Of a stretch of DNA of 42,766 nt, positions 19,211-28,568 are shown piece by piece (within the stretch, counting starts at the first letter, position 1; every line of letters begins with the position of its first letter). Origin of the DNA: Rhizobacter sp. (GTDB lineage Bacteria; Pseudomonadota; Gammaproteobacteria; Burkholderiales; Burkholderiaceae_C); assembly GCA_031363645.1 (NCBI GenBank), contig JANLUW010000084.1:1-42766 (forward strand), in the 5' to 3' direction. The translations under genes were made by a program, and so were the position numbers. A model generated the notes under the pieces. The model ran no database searches and was not told the DNA's origin. It saw nothing but the letters and a program-made list of their open reading frames with translations.

Positions 19211-22200
19211 ATGTCCAAAACCATGACCGCATCACCGGCGACGGCCGCCGCCGATGCCATCGCCAATACACAACCCGGCCGCCTGGCCGGCAAGGTGGCG
19301 CTGATCACCGGCGCCGCCGGCAACCTCGGTGGCGAAATCGTGCCCCACTACCTGCGCCAGGGCGCCGTGGTCGTGCTGTCGGGCCGAACGCAAGCCCGGC
19401 TGAATGCAGCGCTCGACGCCGCGCTCACCGATACCGGCGTACCGCCGACACAAGTCGACGCCGTGGTCATGGACGGCGCCGACCCCGACAGCGTGCGCCG
19501 CGGCATCGCCGAGATCGTGGCGCGTCACGGGCGGCTCGACATCCTCGTCTACAACGCCGGCTCGGCCGGGCCGCGGCAGCCGCTCGAAAAGGTGCCGCTG
19601 ACCGGCGACGAACTCGACGCCTTGCGTGCCGACGGCGCAACCGACACCGAGACCCTGGCCGACGCGATGCGCAACATCCTCGGCGTCTCGTGGAACATGC
19701 TCCGCGCGGCGGCGCCGGTGTTGCGACCCGGCGCCTCGGTAATCAACATCTCGACCATCTTTTCGCGCACGCAGTACTACGGCCGCACCGCTTACGTGGT
19801 GCCGAAGGCGGCGCTGAACGCGCTGTCGCGCCAGCTCTCCGAAGAGCTCGGCGCACGCGGCGTTCGCGTCAACACCGTGTTCCCCGGGCCGATCCGCAGC
19901 GAGCGCATCCGCAGCGTCTTTGCCACGATGGACCAGCTCAAGGGCGCCGAGCCCGGCGCCACCGCGGGCGAGTTCTTCGACCTCATGACGCTCGAGCGCC
20001 CCTTCGACGATGCGCCGCCGCAAAAAGATTTTCCCGTGCCGCGCGACGTGGCCCACACCTGCGTCTTCCTGGGCAGCGACGAGTCGGCGGCCTTCAACGG
20101 CCACGACTTCGAGGTCACGCACGGCATGCGCGTGCGCAAGGAAAGCCGCAGCACGTGGGTCAACCGGCCGACGATGCGCACCGTCGATGCGCACGGGCAA
20201 ACCGTGCTCGTGGCTGCCGGCGACCAGGTGGCCGATGCGGTCGGCATCGCGCGCCTGCTGGCCGAGGTGGGCGCGCATGTGATCCTGGGCTTGGCGCGCG
20301 AGTCCGACTGCGCGCTGGCGCGCGACCGGCTGGCCGGCCTGCGCTCCGATGAGCGCATCGACGTGCGGGTGTTCGACCGCGTCGAGCCCGCCACCATGGA
20401 CAGCGCGCTGGCCGAAGACCACGGCGGTCCGATCACCGGCGCCGTCATCTTGCCGGCGCACGGCGCCGACCGTTTCACCGGCAGCCTGGCCGCTGCGAGC
20501 GACGGCGACATGGAGGCCTTCGTCGATGAAGAACTCGGCGGTGCCATTGCCGTGGCGCGCAAGCTCAGCCGCTACTGGAAAGACCGCGACGACCTGACGC
20601 AAGAGCCGCGCTTCGTCTTCGTGACCAACGGCGGTGATGGGGGCGGCAGCAGCGAACGCGCCGGCAGCGGATTGGCCTGGGCCAACATGCTGCGGTCGTC
20701 GATGGAAGAACTCATCCGCGTCTGGCGCGACGAGAGCGAGGTCGACGTGCGCCTGGGCCGCCGCGCTTTCCGCGAATGGGGCAACCAGATCATTCGTTAC
20801 GACAACACCGAGGCCGAGAGCCTGCCATTCACCGCCGGCCATGCCGCGCGCCTTTTGTTCAAGGAGCAGCGCATCCGCCAGGTCAACCTGTACCTGCCTA
20901 CAAGCATCGTCGAAGCCAGCGGCGCGCGCCGCGCCACGGTGGGTTTCACAGAAAACCTGGCTGGCCTGCACATCGGCAAGGTCGCCCTCATCACCGGCGG
21001 CTCGGCCGGCATCGGCGGCGCGGTCGCGCGGCTGCTGGCCCTCGGCGGCGCCAAGGTAATGCTGGCAGCCCGCCGCGAGAGCGAATTGCTGGTCACGCGC
21101 GCACGGATCGTCGGTGAACTCGAAGACATGGGCTACTCGGGTGCCGAGCGCCGCGTGGGCATCCTGCCCGGCGTCGACGTCGGCCAACTCGAGACGCTGG
21201 CGCCGGCCGTGAAGGCCACGCTGGCTGCGTTCGGCCGCATCGACTACCTCATCAACAACGCCGGCGTTTCGGGTGCCGAGGAGATGGCAGTCGACATGAG
21301 CGTGCAGGCCTTCAACGCCACTCTGGACGCAAATCTTGTCTCCAACTACGCGCTGATGCACGAGGTGCTGCCGCTGATGAAAGCGCAGGGCAGCGGCTAC
21401 ATCCTGAACGTGTCGAGCTTCTTCGGTGGCGAGAAGTACCTTGCCGTGGCCTACCCCAACCGCAGCGACTACGCGGTGAGCAAGGCGGGTCAACGCGCGC
21501 TCGTCGAAAACCTCGCGCGCTTCCTCGGGCCCGAGGTGCAGATCAACGCCATCGCGCCGGGCCCCGTCGAAGGCGAGCGGCTCAAGGGCGTGGGCACGCG
21601 GCCCGGCCTGTTCGAGCGCCGCGGCCGTTTGATCCTCGAGAACAAGCGCCTGAACGCCGTGCACAGCGCCATCGTCAAGGCGCAGCGCCGCGGGCAGCGC
21701 GTGGGAGCGTTGCTGGAGCGCCTGGCGGCCAACGACGTGCCGATGCTTGCGATGGACACCGACGCGCCCTCCGAGCTGCGCGAGCTCGGTGTGGCCTGCC
21801 ACAAGGAGCGTGGCGACGCTTCGAACTTCGGCAACTACCTGCTCAGCGCTGCCATCGGCCGCCGCCTGCTGGCGCGGCTGCGTCTGGGTGGCCTGCTGCT
21901 CGACGACGACCAATGGCAGCACTGCGCCGAGGACGACTGGCTCAAGCGCCTGCCGCCCGACGACCAGCCCTTCCTGCCGCTCAAGAGCATCCAGGACGAA
22001 GCGGCCAAGGTGCGCAACGGCGTGCTGTCATTGCTGCACCTGGGCAAGATGCCGACCGAGACCGAAGTCGCGCTGGCGACCGTTTATTTCCTCGCCGATC
22101 GCGCCGTCAGCGGCGAGACCTTTATGCCCTCGGGCGGCCTGAGCCTGGAGCGCTCGATCACCGAGCGCGAGTTGTTCGGCAGCGCCAAGCGCGAGCGCCT

Positions 22201-22936
22201 CGAGATGATGCGCGGGCGCACCGTGTGGCTGATCGGCGAGCACCTGGTCGAGTACCTGGCCGAAGCGGCGCGACAGCTGGTGACCGAATGCCATGTCGGC
22301 CGCGTCGTGTTGCTGACGCAAACCGAAGGCGGCGCGGCTGCATTGCGCGCTGCGCTGCGCGATGTGCCGGCCGACCTGCTGCACACCGCGGCGGTCGAAG
22401 GCGACCTCGAATCGGGCATCGACGCCGCGTTGCGCCTGCACGGCTACCCGGCCACGATCGTGAGCACGCCGTTCGCGCCGCTGCCTGCCAAGCTGCAAGG
22501 TGGTGACGGTGCGGGCACGCTCGACGCCGCGGAGTTTCGCCAGATGGTGCAGGACCAGCTGACGCACCAGTTCCGCGTGGCGCGCAAGGCCAGCCTGATC
22601 GACGGCACCCAGCTCGTGCTGGTCTCGCCCGACGTGCCGGCAGGCGCCGACCCCACGGGCGCGTGCTTCGCGATGGCCAACTTCATCAAGACCACGCTGC
22701 ACGCCTTCACCGCCACCTTGGCGGTCGAAAACGAACGGCTGGTGCACGACGTGCCGGTGAACCAGATCAACCTGACACGCCGCGCGCGCAGCGAGGAGCC
22801 CCGCAACCAGGCCGAGCACCTCGAGGAAGTGCGTCGCTTCGGCCGCGCCGTGCTGCTGGCCGGCGCGCCGCTGCCCGATGCCGAGGACTCTCGCTACCGC
22901 TCGCGAATCTACCGGGGCATGGCGATCACGGTTTAG
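19211..22936 (+). CDS. mcr: Bifunctional malonyl-CoA reductase (malonyl-CoA to 3-hydroxypropionate), Chloroflexus-type
   Basis: ~1240 aa tandem SDR: GKVALITGAAGNLG...YYGRTAYVVPKAAL (alcohol dehydrogenase half) and GKVALITGGSAGIG...NNAG...YPNRSDYAVSKAGQR (aldehyde dehydrogenase half); C-terminus RYRSRIYRGMAITV; GGAG before ATG 19211 (GTG at 19190 is an alternative start). Confidence 0.95.
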   Translation: MSKTMTASPATAAADAIANTQPGRLAGKVALITGAAGNLGGEIVPHYLRQGAVVVLSGRTQARLNAALDAALTDTGVPPTQVDAVVMDGADPDSVRRGIAEIVARHGRLDILVYNAGSAGPRQPLEKVPLTGDELDALRADGATDTETLADAMRNILGVSWNMLRAAAPVLRPGASVINISTIFSRTQYYGRTAYVVPKAALNALSRQLSEELGARGVRVNTVFPGPIRSERIRSVFATMDQLKGAEPGATAGEFFDLMTLERPFDDAPPQKDFPVPRDVAHTCVFLGSDESAAFNGHDFEVTHGMRVRKESRSTWVNRPTMRTVDAHGQTVLVAAGDQVADAVGIARLLAEVGAHVILGLARESDCALARDRLAGLRSDERIDVRVFDRVEPATMDSALAEDHGGPITGAVILPAHGADRFTGSLAAASDGDMEAFVDEELGGAIAVARKLSRYWKDRDDLTQEPRFVFVTNGGDGGGSSERAGSGLAWANMLRSSMEELIRVWRDESEVDVRLGRRAFREWGNQIIRYDNTEAESLPFTAGHAARLLFKEQRIRQVNLYLPTSIVEASGARRATVGFTENLAGLHIGKVALITGGSAGIGGAVARLLALGGAKVMLAARRESELLVTRARIVGELEDMGYSGAERRVGILPGVDVGQLETLAPAVKATLAAFGRIDYLINNAGVSGAEEMAVDMSVQAFNATLDANLVSNYALMHEVLPLMKAQGSGYILNVSSFFGGEKYLAVAYPNRSDYAVSKAGQRALVENLARFLGPEVQINAIAPGPVEGERLKGVGTRPGLFERRGRLILENKRLNAVHSAIVKAQRRGQRVGALLERLAANDVPMLAMDTDAPSELRELGVACHKERGDASNFGNYLLSAAIGRRLLARLRLGGLLLDDDQWQHCAEDDWLKRLPPDDQPFLPLKSIQDEAAKVRNGVLSLLHLGKMPTETEVALATVYFLADRAVSGETFMPSGGLSLERSITERELFGSAKRERLEMMRGRTVWLIGEHLVEYLAEAARQLVTECHVGRVVLLTQTEGGAAALRAALRDVPADLLHTAAVEGDLESGIDAALRLHGYPATIVSTPFAPLPAKLQGGDGAGTLDAAEFRQMVQDQLTHQFRVARKASLIDGTQLVLVSPDVPAGADPTGACFAMANFIKTTLHAFTATLAVENERLVHDVPVNQINLTRRARSEEPRNQAEHLEEVRRFGRAVLLAGAPLPDAEDSRYRSRIYRGMAITV

Positions 22937-22990
22937 GTTGTCGTGTCCGATGCGGCGTTGCATTCTTTCGCAGCAGGATCGCCCGCACGT

Positions 22991-24127
22991 TCAATCCGCA
23001 CTCGGATCGATCAGCATCTTGGCGCCTGTGTTGCGCATTGCGTAGGCGGTGATCGCATCGAGCGACAGCGCTTCGCGCAGCGACAGTGTGCGCGCGTAGT
23101 GGCTTGCGAACGTGGTGTGCAATTCGGCGACTACCCGCTGCTTCAGGCGATCCGATGCGGGCGTGCCGATGCGCTGCAGGAACGGAAACATCAGCCAGCC
23201 GCCGACGCCCCAGGTCATGCCGAAGTTGCGCTGGAGTTCGGTAGGCCCGGTGTCGAGCCCGCCGTAGATGTAGACCTGCTTGTGCACGTTGCTGCCGTAG
23301 CGGCTGTACTCGGTCGCGCGGCGGGCGATCGAGGCCTCCATTGCGGTCAGCACCTGGCCCGCGAGGCGGCCACCGCCGATGGCGTCGAAGGCGATCGTGG
23401 CTCGCGTCGCGACCAACGCTTCGGGGAGGTCGTGCATGAACGAGGCCGCACTGCTGTCGCAAACATGTGCAGCACCCAGGCCGCGCAGCAACGCGGCTTG
23501 CTCGGGCTTGCGAACGATGTTGACGAGGCCGATGCCGTCCGCCTGGCAGATGCGGTTGAGCATCTGCCCGAGGTTGGAGGCGGCTGCCGTGTGGACCAGC
23601 GCGCTGTGGCCTTCAAGGCGCATCGTCTCGGTCATGCCGAGGGCGGTCAGCGGGTTGACGAAACACGAGGCGCCTGCTGCCGCCGACGTGCCTTGCGGCA
23701 AACGCAGGCAGGCTGCGGCGGGCACGGTGCGGTGCTGGCTGTACATCGCGCCGCCGAGCACCGCGACTGTCTGCCCCAAAAGCGACTGCGCCAGCGCCGA
23801 GCTGCCCGCGGCCACCACCGTGCCCGCGCCCTCGTTGCCCACCGGCAGCGACTGGCCGACGCGCGCCTTCATCGCAGCCAGCGCGCGCTCGGGCACGCTC
23901 GCGCTGATCACGGGGCGGCCCGGCGCGCCGCCCACGGTGGCCGTGCTCATGTCGGCGGCACCGAAGAGCAGGCCGATGTCCGATGGGTTGATCGGCGTGG
24001 CCTCGATGCGCACGACGACCTCATCGGCTTGTGGTGCCGGCACCGCGGTGTCGACGAGTGACAGCTCCAGTCGCCCTTGTGCAGTGATCAGCGAACGCAG
24101 TTGCAGGCTACTCTTGGGTGCGGACAT
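22991..24127 (-). CDS. MDR-family NAD(P)H oxidoreductase (enoyl-thioester reductase/quinone reductase-like)
   Basis: EATPINPSD, GNEGAGTVV, FVNPLTALGM, HTAAASNLGQM; GGAGG RBS before ATG 24127. Confidence 0.82.
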   Translation of the reverse strand: MSAPKSSLQLRSLITAQGRLELSLVDTAVPAPQADEVVVRIEATPINPSDIGLLFGAADMSTATVGGAPGRPVISASVPERALAAMKARVGQSLPVGNEGAGTVVAAGSSALAQSLLGQTVAVLGGAMYSQHRTVPAAACLRLPQGTSAAAGASCFVNPLTALGMTETMRLEGHSALVHTAAASNLGQMLNRICQADGIGLVNIVRKPEQAALLRGLGAAHVCDSSAASFMHDLPEALVATRATIAFDAIGGGRLAGQVLTAMEASIARRATEYSRYGSNVHKQVYIYGGLDTGPTELQRNFGMTWGVGGWLMFPFLQRIGTPASDRLKQRVVAELHTTFASHYARTLSLREALSLDAITAYAMRNTGAKMLIDPSAD

Positions 24128-24325
24128 GGTGTACCTCCGGTGGGTTGAAAAGCCGGGTTCGGCTGCGCGGATTGTGGCCATGCAGCGCCGTGCCGTGAGA
24201 AACACGCGCATTCGACAGGCCCATTCGCCGAACGACGCCAACGCGACCGCGCCGCGGCTCGCCGCACGACACACTCCACGCCGAGCGATCTGCCGCAACT
24301 CACCGCAACTCACCGAGACGAACCC

Positions 24326-25261
24326 ATGAACCGAGTCCTTGCCCACTGCGGCGCCCGCTACCCCATCCTGCAGGCCCCCATGGGCTGGATCGCACGCAGC
24401 GCGCTCGCCTCGGCGGTGTCGCAGGCCGGTGGCCTGGGCATCATCGAGACTTCGTCGGGCGAGACCGCCAACTGCCAGCGCGAGATTTGCGCGATGGTGG
24501 CGAGCGGCCTGCCGTTCGGCGTGAACCTGCCGATCCGTTTTTTGAAAGACGACGCGATGCTGCGTTTCGTTTGCGGTTCGGGCGTTCGCTTCGTCACCAC
24601 CTCGGCCGGCAGCCCAGCCAAGTTCATCGCACCGCTCCACGCCGCGGGCATCGTCGTGTACCACGCGGTGCCCACGGTAGACACCGCATTGAAATGCGTC
24701 GACGCCGGCATCGACGGGTTGGTGGTCGAAGGTGCCGAAGGCGGCGGCTTCAAGAACCCGGAAGAGGTGAGCACGCTCGTGTTGCTGCAGGCCATACGCG
24801 AGCGCGTGGCGGTACCGTTGATCGCGGCGGGCGGCATCGTCGACGGGCGCGGCATGGCCGCCGCCTTCGCGCTCGGTGCCGAGGCGATTCAGATGGGCAC
24901 ACGTTTCGTGGCCAGCACCGAGAGCCCCGTGCATGTCCACTACAAGAATGCGATCGTCTCGGCCGAGGCCACTGGCACCTGGGTGCTTAACAAGCGCGCG
25001 ACCCCTTGCATCCGCGCGCTCAAGACCGAGTACACCGAGCCGATGCACGCCTCTGGCCTGCTGGCCACTGACGCCTTCGCGGGCATCCAGAAGGTCTACT
25101 TCGGTGGCGACATGAACGCGGCCCCGGCGTTGGCGGGCCAGTCCGCCGGGCTGATCCATGCGGTCGACTCGGTGCAGTCGATCATCGACGCCACGGTGGC
25201 GGAGTTCTTCGCGATCGGCGAACGCATGGCCGGCATGGCCGAAGCGCGCAGCTTCGGCTGA
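24326..25261 (+). CDS. Nitronate monooxygenase/FabK-like FMN-dependent oxidoreductase
   Basis: YPILQAPMGW, EGAEGGG, IAAGGIVDGRGMAAAFALGAEAIQMGTRF, AGQSAGLI. Confidence 0.85.
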   Translation: MNRVLAHCGARYPILQAPMGWIARSALASAVSQAGGLGIIETSSGETANCQREICAMVASGLPFGVNLPIRFLKDDAMLRFVCGSGVRFVTTSAGSPAKFIAPLHAAGIVVYHAVPTVDTALKCVDAGIDGLVVEGAEGGGFKNPEEVSTLVLLQAIRERVAVPLIAAGGIVDGRGMAAAFALGAEAIQMGTRFVASTESPVHVHYKNAIVSAEATGTWVLNKRATPCIRALKTEYTEPMHASGLLATDAFAGIQKVYFGGDMNAAPALAGQSAGLIHAVDSVQSIIDATVAEFFAIGERMAGMAEARSFG

Positions 25262-25269
25262 GCGGCTGG

Positions 25270-25749
25270 TTACTTCAGCGGGATCACCGTGGCCCGGTCA
25301 ACCGGCACTGCGGTGATGCTGTTTTTCGGCGAGCCATCGATGACGCGGTCGGAGTAGGTCAGGTACACCAGCGTGTTGCGCTTCTTGTCGACCATGCGCA
25401 CCACGCGCAGCTTCTTGAACAGGATCGACAGCCGCTCGTTGAAGATTTCTTCTTGCACCGCGAGTGGCTTGGGGAAACTGATCGGGCCGACCTGGCGGCA
25501 GGCGATCGAGGCCTCGGCCTTGTCTTCTGCCAGACCGACCGCGCCGCTGATGCCGCCGGTCTTGGCGCGGGAGACGTAGCAGGTGACGCCTGCGACGCGC
25601 GGGTCGTCGTATGCGTCGACGACGATCTTGTGATCGGGGCCGATCAGCTTGAATACGGTGTCGACCTCGCCGATCGATTCGGCACGAGCAGGCAAGACGC
25701 AGCCGACAAGCAGTGCGGCGAGGGTGGTGGCGATGGCGGGTGTGTTCAC
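25270..25749 (-). CDS. creA: CreA family periplasmic protein
   Basis: Signal peptide followed by IGEVDTVFK...[19 protein letters not shown]...SIACRQVGP...[17 protein letters not shown]; GTG start. Confidence 0.88.
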   Translation of the reverse strand: MNTPAIATTLAALLVGCVLPARAESIGEVDTVFKLIGPDHKIVVDAYDDPRVAGVTCYVSRAKTGGISGAVGLAEDKAEASIACRQVGPISFPKPLAVQEEIFNERLSILFKKLRVVRMVDKKRNTLVYLTYSDRVIDGSPKNSITAVPVDRATVIPLK

Positions 25750-25763
25750 GAAGGCTTCCGTTT

Positions 25764-26468
25764 TCAACGTGGTTGGTATTGCGTGTTGCCGAACAGCGTG
25801 TCGCGCGATTTGTCGTCGAGCAACGACTTGCGCTGCGAGGCGAGCACCTCGACGCCGCGCTGCACCGCCGGCCGCGCCGCGATCTCGTCGAACCAGCCTT
25901 TGAGGTGAGGGTAGTCGACCCAGTCGATGCCCTGGTTCTTCCACGAGCGCAGCCACGGGAAGATCGCGATGTCGGCGATGGTGTATTCACTGCCGGCCAT
26001 GTACTTGACCTTGGCCAGCCGCTTGTTCATCACGCCGTAGAGCCGCTTCGCTTCGTTGGTGTAGCGGTTCACCGCGTACTCGATTTTCTCCGGCGCGTAG
26101 ATGCGAAAGTGATGCGCTTGGCCAAGCATCGGGCCAACACCCGCCATCTGGAACATCAGCCACTCCAGCATCTCGTAGCGCCCGCGTGTGCTCGCCGGCA
26201 TGAAGCGGCCGGTCTTGCCGGCGAGGTACATCAGTATTGCGCCCGATTCGAAGAGTGAGATCGGCGCGCCGTCGGGGCCGTTCGGGTCAACGATCGCCGG
26301 GATTTTGTTGTTCGGGCTGATCGCCAAAAACTCCGGCATGAACTGGTCGCCCGCGCCGATGTCAACGGCGTGCGCGTGATACGGCAGGCCGCACTCCTCC
26401 AGCATGATGTGAACTTTGTGCCCGTTCGGCGTGGCCCACGAATACACTTCGATCATGTCTGCACTCAT
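25764..26468 (-). CDS. Glutathione S-transferase, YfcG/Nu-class (GSH-dependent disulfide oxidoreductase)
   Basis: [41 protein letters not shown]. Confidence 0.9.
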   Translation of the reverse strand: MSADMIEVYSWATPNGHKVHIMLEECGLPYHAHAVDIGAGDQFMPEFLAISPNNKIPAIVDPNGPDGAPISLFESGAILMYLAGKTGRFMPASTRGRYEMLEWLMFQMAGVGPMLGQAHHFRIYAPEKIEYAVNRYTNEAKRLYGVMNKRLAKVKYMAGSEYTIADIAIFPWLRSWKNQGIDWVDYPHLKGWFDEIAARPAVQRGVEVLASQRKSLLDDKSRDTLFGNTQYQPR

Positions 26469-26527
26469 ACCGTCCTCGATGCGTTGCCTGTGTGAAGAGC
26501 GACCACTCTAGTTGATCGGGCGCGGCG

Positions 26528-27268
26528 ATGCTCGAATCGTTCAAACGCATGTTCTCGCGCCGCGGCGATGACCACGATCTGAGCGAGATCGAGGCCTGGG
26601 CCCAGCGGCGCGGTCACGGCTTCAAGCGGGTGCGCGGCACCGACGGTTTCGTGATCGACGGCCTGCTCGAAGGCAAGCCGTGGCGCATCGAGTGGGGCCC
26701 ACCGCAGCGGCCGTACATCGAAGGCCACGAACTGCGTTTTCGCATGGAGCTCGATCTGCCCGGTGACACGCAGATGCTGGTTCTCGCGCGCCCGCTGATG
26801 GATTCGCTGGAGCGCAAGACCTTCGAAGAGTTCACCGACAACGTGCAAACGCAAATCGGCACGGAAACGCCTGAAGAAATGCGCTGGTTGGTGATGTTCC
26901 CGAAGGTCAACCTCGCGAACATGAAAGCGCTGCGCGCGCGTTTCGGCGCCATCTCGAGCGTGCCTGCTGCCGGGCTCTCATGGATCGAAGGGCCGCTTGC
27001 CAATGCGCTCGTGCAGGCCGCGAACGAGTGGCTGCGCGATGAGCAGCCTTTCGTGCTGATGACCTTGCGCGGCCGCGTGTATTTGCGCATGCAGCTCGGC
27101 TCGCCCGAGCCGAAGTCGGTAGCCGCTGCACTCGCACTCTTCGAGACTGCAGCCGCGCAGGCCGTGCGAGCCGCTGGTGGGCCGGTCGATCACGGCGGCG
27201 ATATCGGGCGCGGTGGCCGCAGCACAGCTTGGCAGAGTTTTCCGCCCGATGAAGCGCCGAAAGATTGA
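26528..27268 (+). CDS. Hypothetical protein
   Basis: 246-aa ORF with natural composition filling the gap between GST and the acyl-CoA dehydrogenase; no motif recognised. Confidence 0.7.
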   Translation: MLESFKRMFSRRGDDHDLSEIEAWAQRRGHGFKRVRGTDGFVIDGLLEGKPWRIEWGPPQRPYIEGHELRFRMELDLPGDTQMLVLARPLMDSLERKTFEEFTDNVQTQIGTETPEEMRWLVMFPKVNLANMKALRARFGAISSVPAAGLSWIEGPLANALVQAANEWLRDEQPFVLMTLRGRVYLRMQLGSPEPKSVAAALALFETAAAQAVRAAGGPVDHGGDIGRGGRSTAWQSFPPDEAPKD

Positions 27269-27301
27269 CGGTTCGCACACCGCGCGACCCGCCGGTTCAC
27301 A

Positions 27302-28543
27302 TCAGGCGTATTTGCCGAGCTCGAGTTTGGCGATCGCGTTGCGGTGAACTTCGTCAGGGCCGTCAGCGAAGCGCAGCGTGCGCGCGGCCGCGTAAAAGCC
27401 CGCGAGCGGAAAGTCTTCGCAAACACCGCCGCCGCCGTGCGCCTGCATTGCCCAGTCGATCACCTGCAGCGCCATGCTCGGCGCCACGACCTTGATCATC
27501 GCGATCTCGGCCTTCGCGGTCTTGTTGCCGGCCACGTCCATGATCCACGCGGCCTTGAGCGTCAACAGCCGCGCCATGTCGATGCGGCAGCGCGCTTCGG
27601 CGATGCGCTCACGCGTCACGCCTTGCTCGGCCACCGTCCGGCCGAACGCGACGCGCGACGATGCACGTTTGCACATCAGTTCGAGCGAGCGCTCGGCCAG
27701 GCCGATCAAGCGCATGCAGTGGTGAATGCGCCCCGGCCCGAGCCGGCCTTGCGCGATCTCGAAACCACGGCCTTCACCGAGCAGGATGTTGCTCGCCGGC
27801 ACACGCACGTCGTCGAATGAGATCTCCATGTGGCCGTGCGGCGCGTCGTCGTAGCCGAACACCGAGAGCGGGCGCAGCACCTTGATGCCCTTTGTGGCGG
27901 CCGGCACCAGGATCATCGATTGCTGCGAATGGCGCGGCGCCTCCGGGTTGGTCTTGCCCATGAAGATGTAGATCTGGCAGCGCGGGTCGCCGGCGCCGCT
28001 GATCCACCACTTGCGGCCTTGGATGACGTAGTCGTCGCCGTCACGCTCGATGCGCGAGGCGATATTGGTCGCGTCGCTCGAAGCCACCGCGGGCTCGGTC
28101 ATCGCGAAGGCGCTGCGGATCTTGCCGTTCAGCAGCGGCTCGAGCCATTGCTGCTTGTGTTCGGGCTTGCCGTATCGCTCGATCGTTTCCATGTTGCCGG
28201 TGTCGGGTGCCGAGCAGTTGAACACCTCCGAGCACCAGGGCACGCGCCCCATGATCTCGGCCAGCGGCGCGTAGTCGCTGTTCGAGAGGCCGAAGTCGCG
28301 GCCGTTGTGGGCCGAGCCCTCGCCACCTGCAGTCGGCGGCAGAAACAGGTTCCACAGGCCGATCGCGCGCGCCTTGGGCTTGAGTTGCTCGATCGTGTCG
28401 AGCGGCGTCCAGCGCTTGCCGGCCGCGGTGTTGGCAGCGATCTCGGCTTCGAAACGGGCCTCGGCCGGGTAGATGAAATCGTCCATGAACTTCAGCAGCT
28501 TGGCCTGCAGTTCGAGGGTGCGCGGTGAGTAGGCGAAATCCAT
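27302..28543 (-). CDS. Acyl-CoA dehydrogenase (ACAD10/11, LvaC-like group)
   Basis: [66 protein letters not shown]; AAGGAG RBS before ATG 28543. Confidence 0.92.
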   Translation of the reverse strand: MDFAYSPRTLELQAKLLKFMDDFIYPAEARFEAEIAANTAAGKRWTPLDTIEQLKPKARAIGLWNLFLPPTAGGEGSAHNGRDFGLSNSDYAPLAEIMGRVPWCSEVFNCSAPDTGNMETIERYGKPEHKQQWLEPLLNGKIRSAFAMTEPAVASSDATNIASRIERDGDDYVIQGRKWWISGAGDPRCQIYIFMGKTNPEAPRHSQQSMILVPAATKGIKVLRPLSVFGYDDAPHGHMEISFDDVRVPASNILLGEGRGFEIAQGRLGPGRIHHCMRLIGLAERSLELMCKRASSRVAFGRTVAEQGVTRERIAEARCRIDMARLLTLKAAWIMDVAGNKTAKAEIAMIKVVAPSMALQVIDWAMQAHGGGGVCEDFPLAGFYAAARTLRFADGPDEVHRNAIAKLELGKYA

Positions 28544-28568
28544 TCGGGTCTCCTTTGGGTGAACGATG

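Noticed and set aside
13553-21922. Very long antisense ORFs (13553-17041, 17045-19183, 19232-21922), and similarly 4089-5966 and 39014-40594
   Set aside because: Shadow frames opposite well-supported high-GC genes; no recognisable motifs and biased composition.
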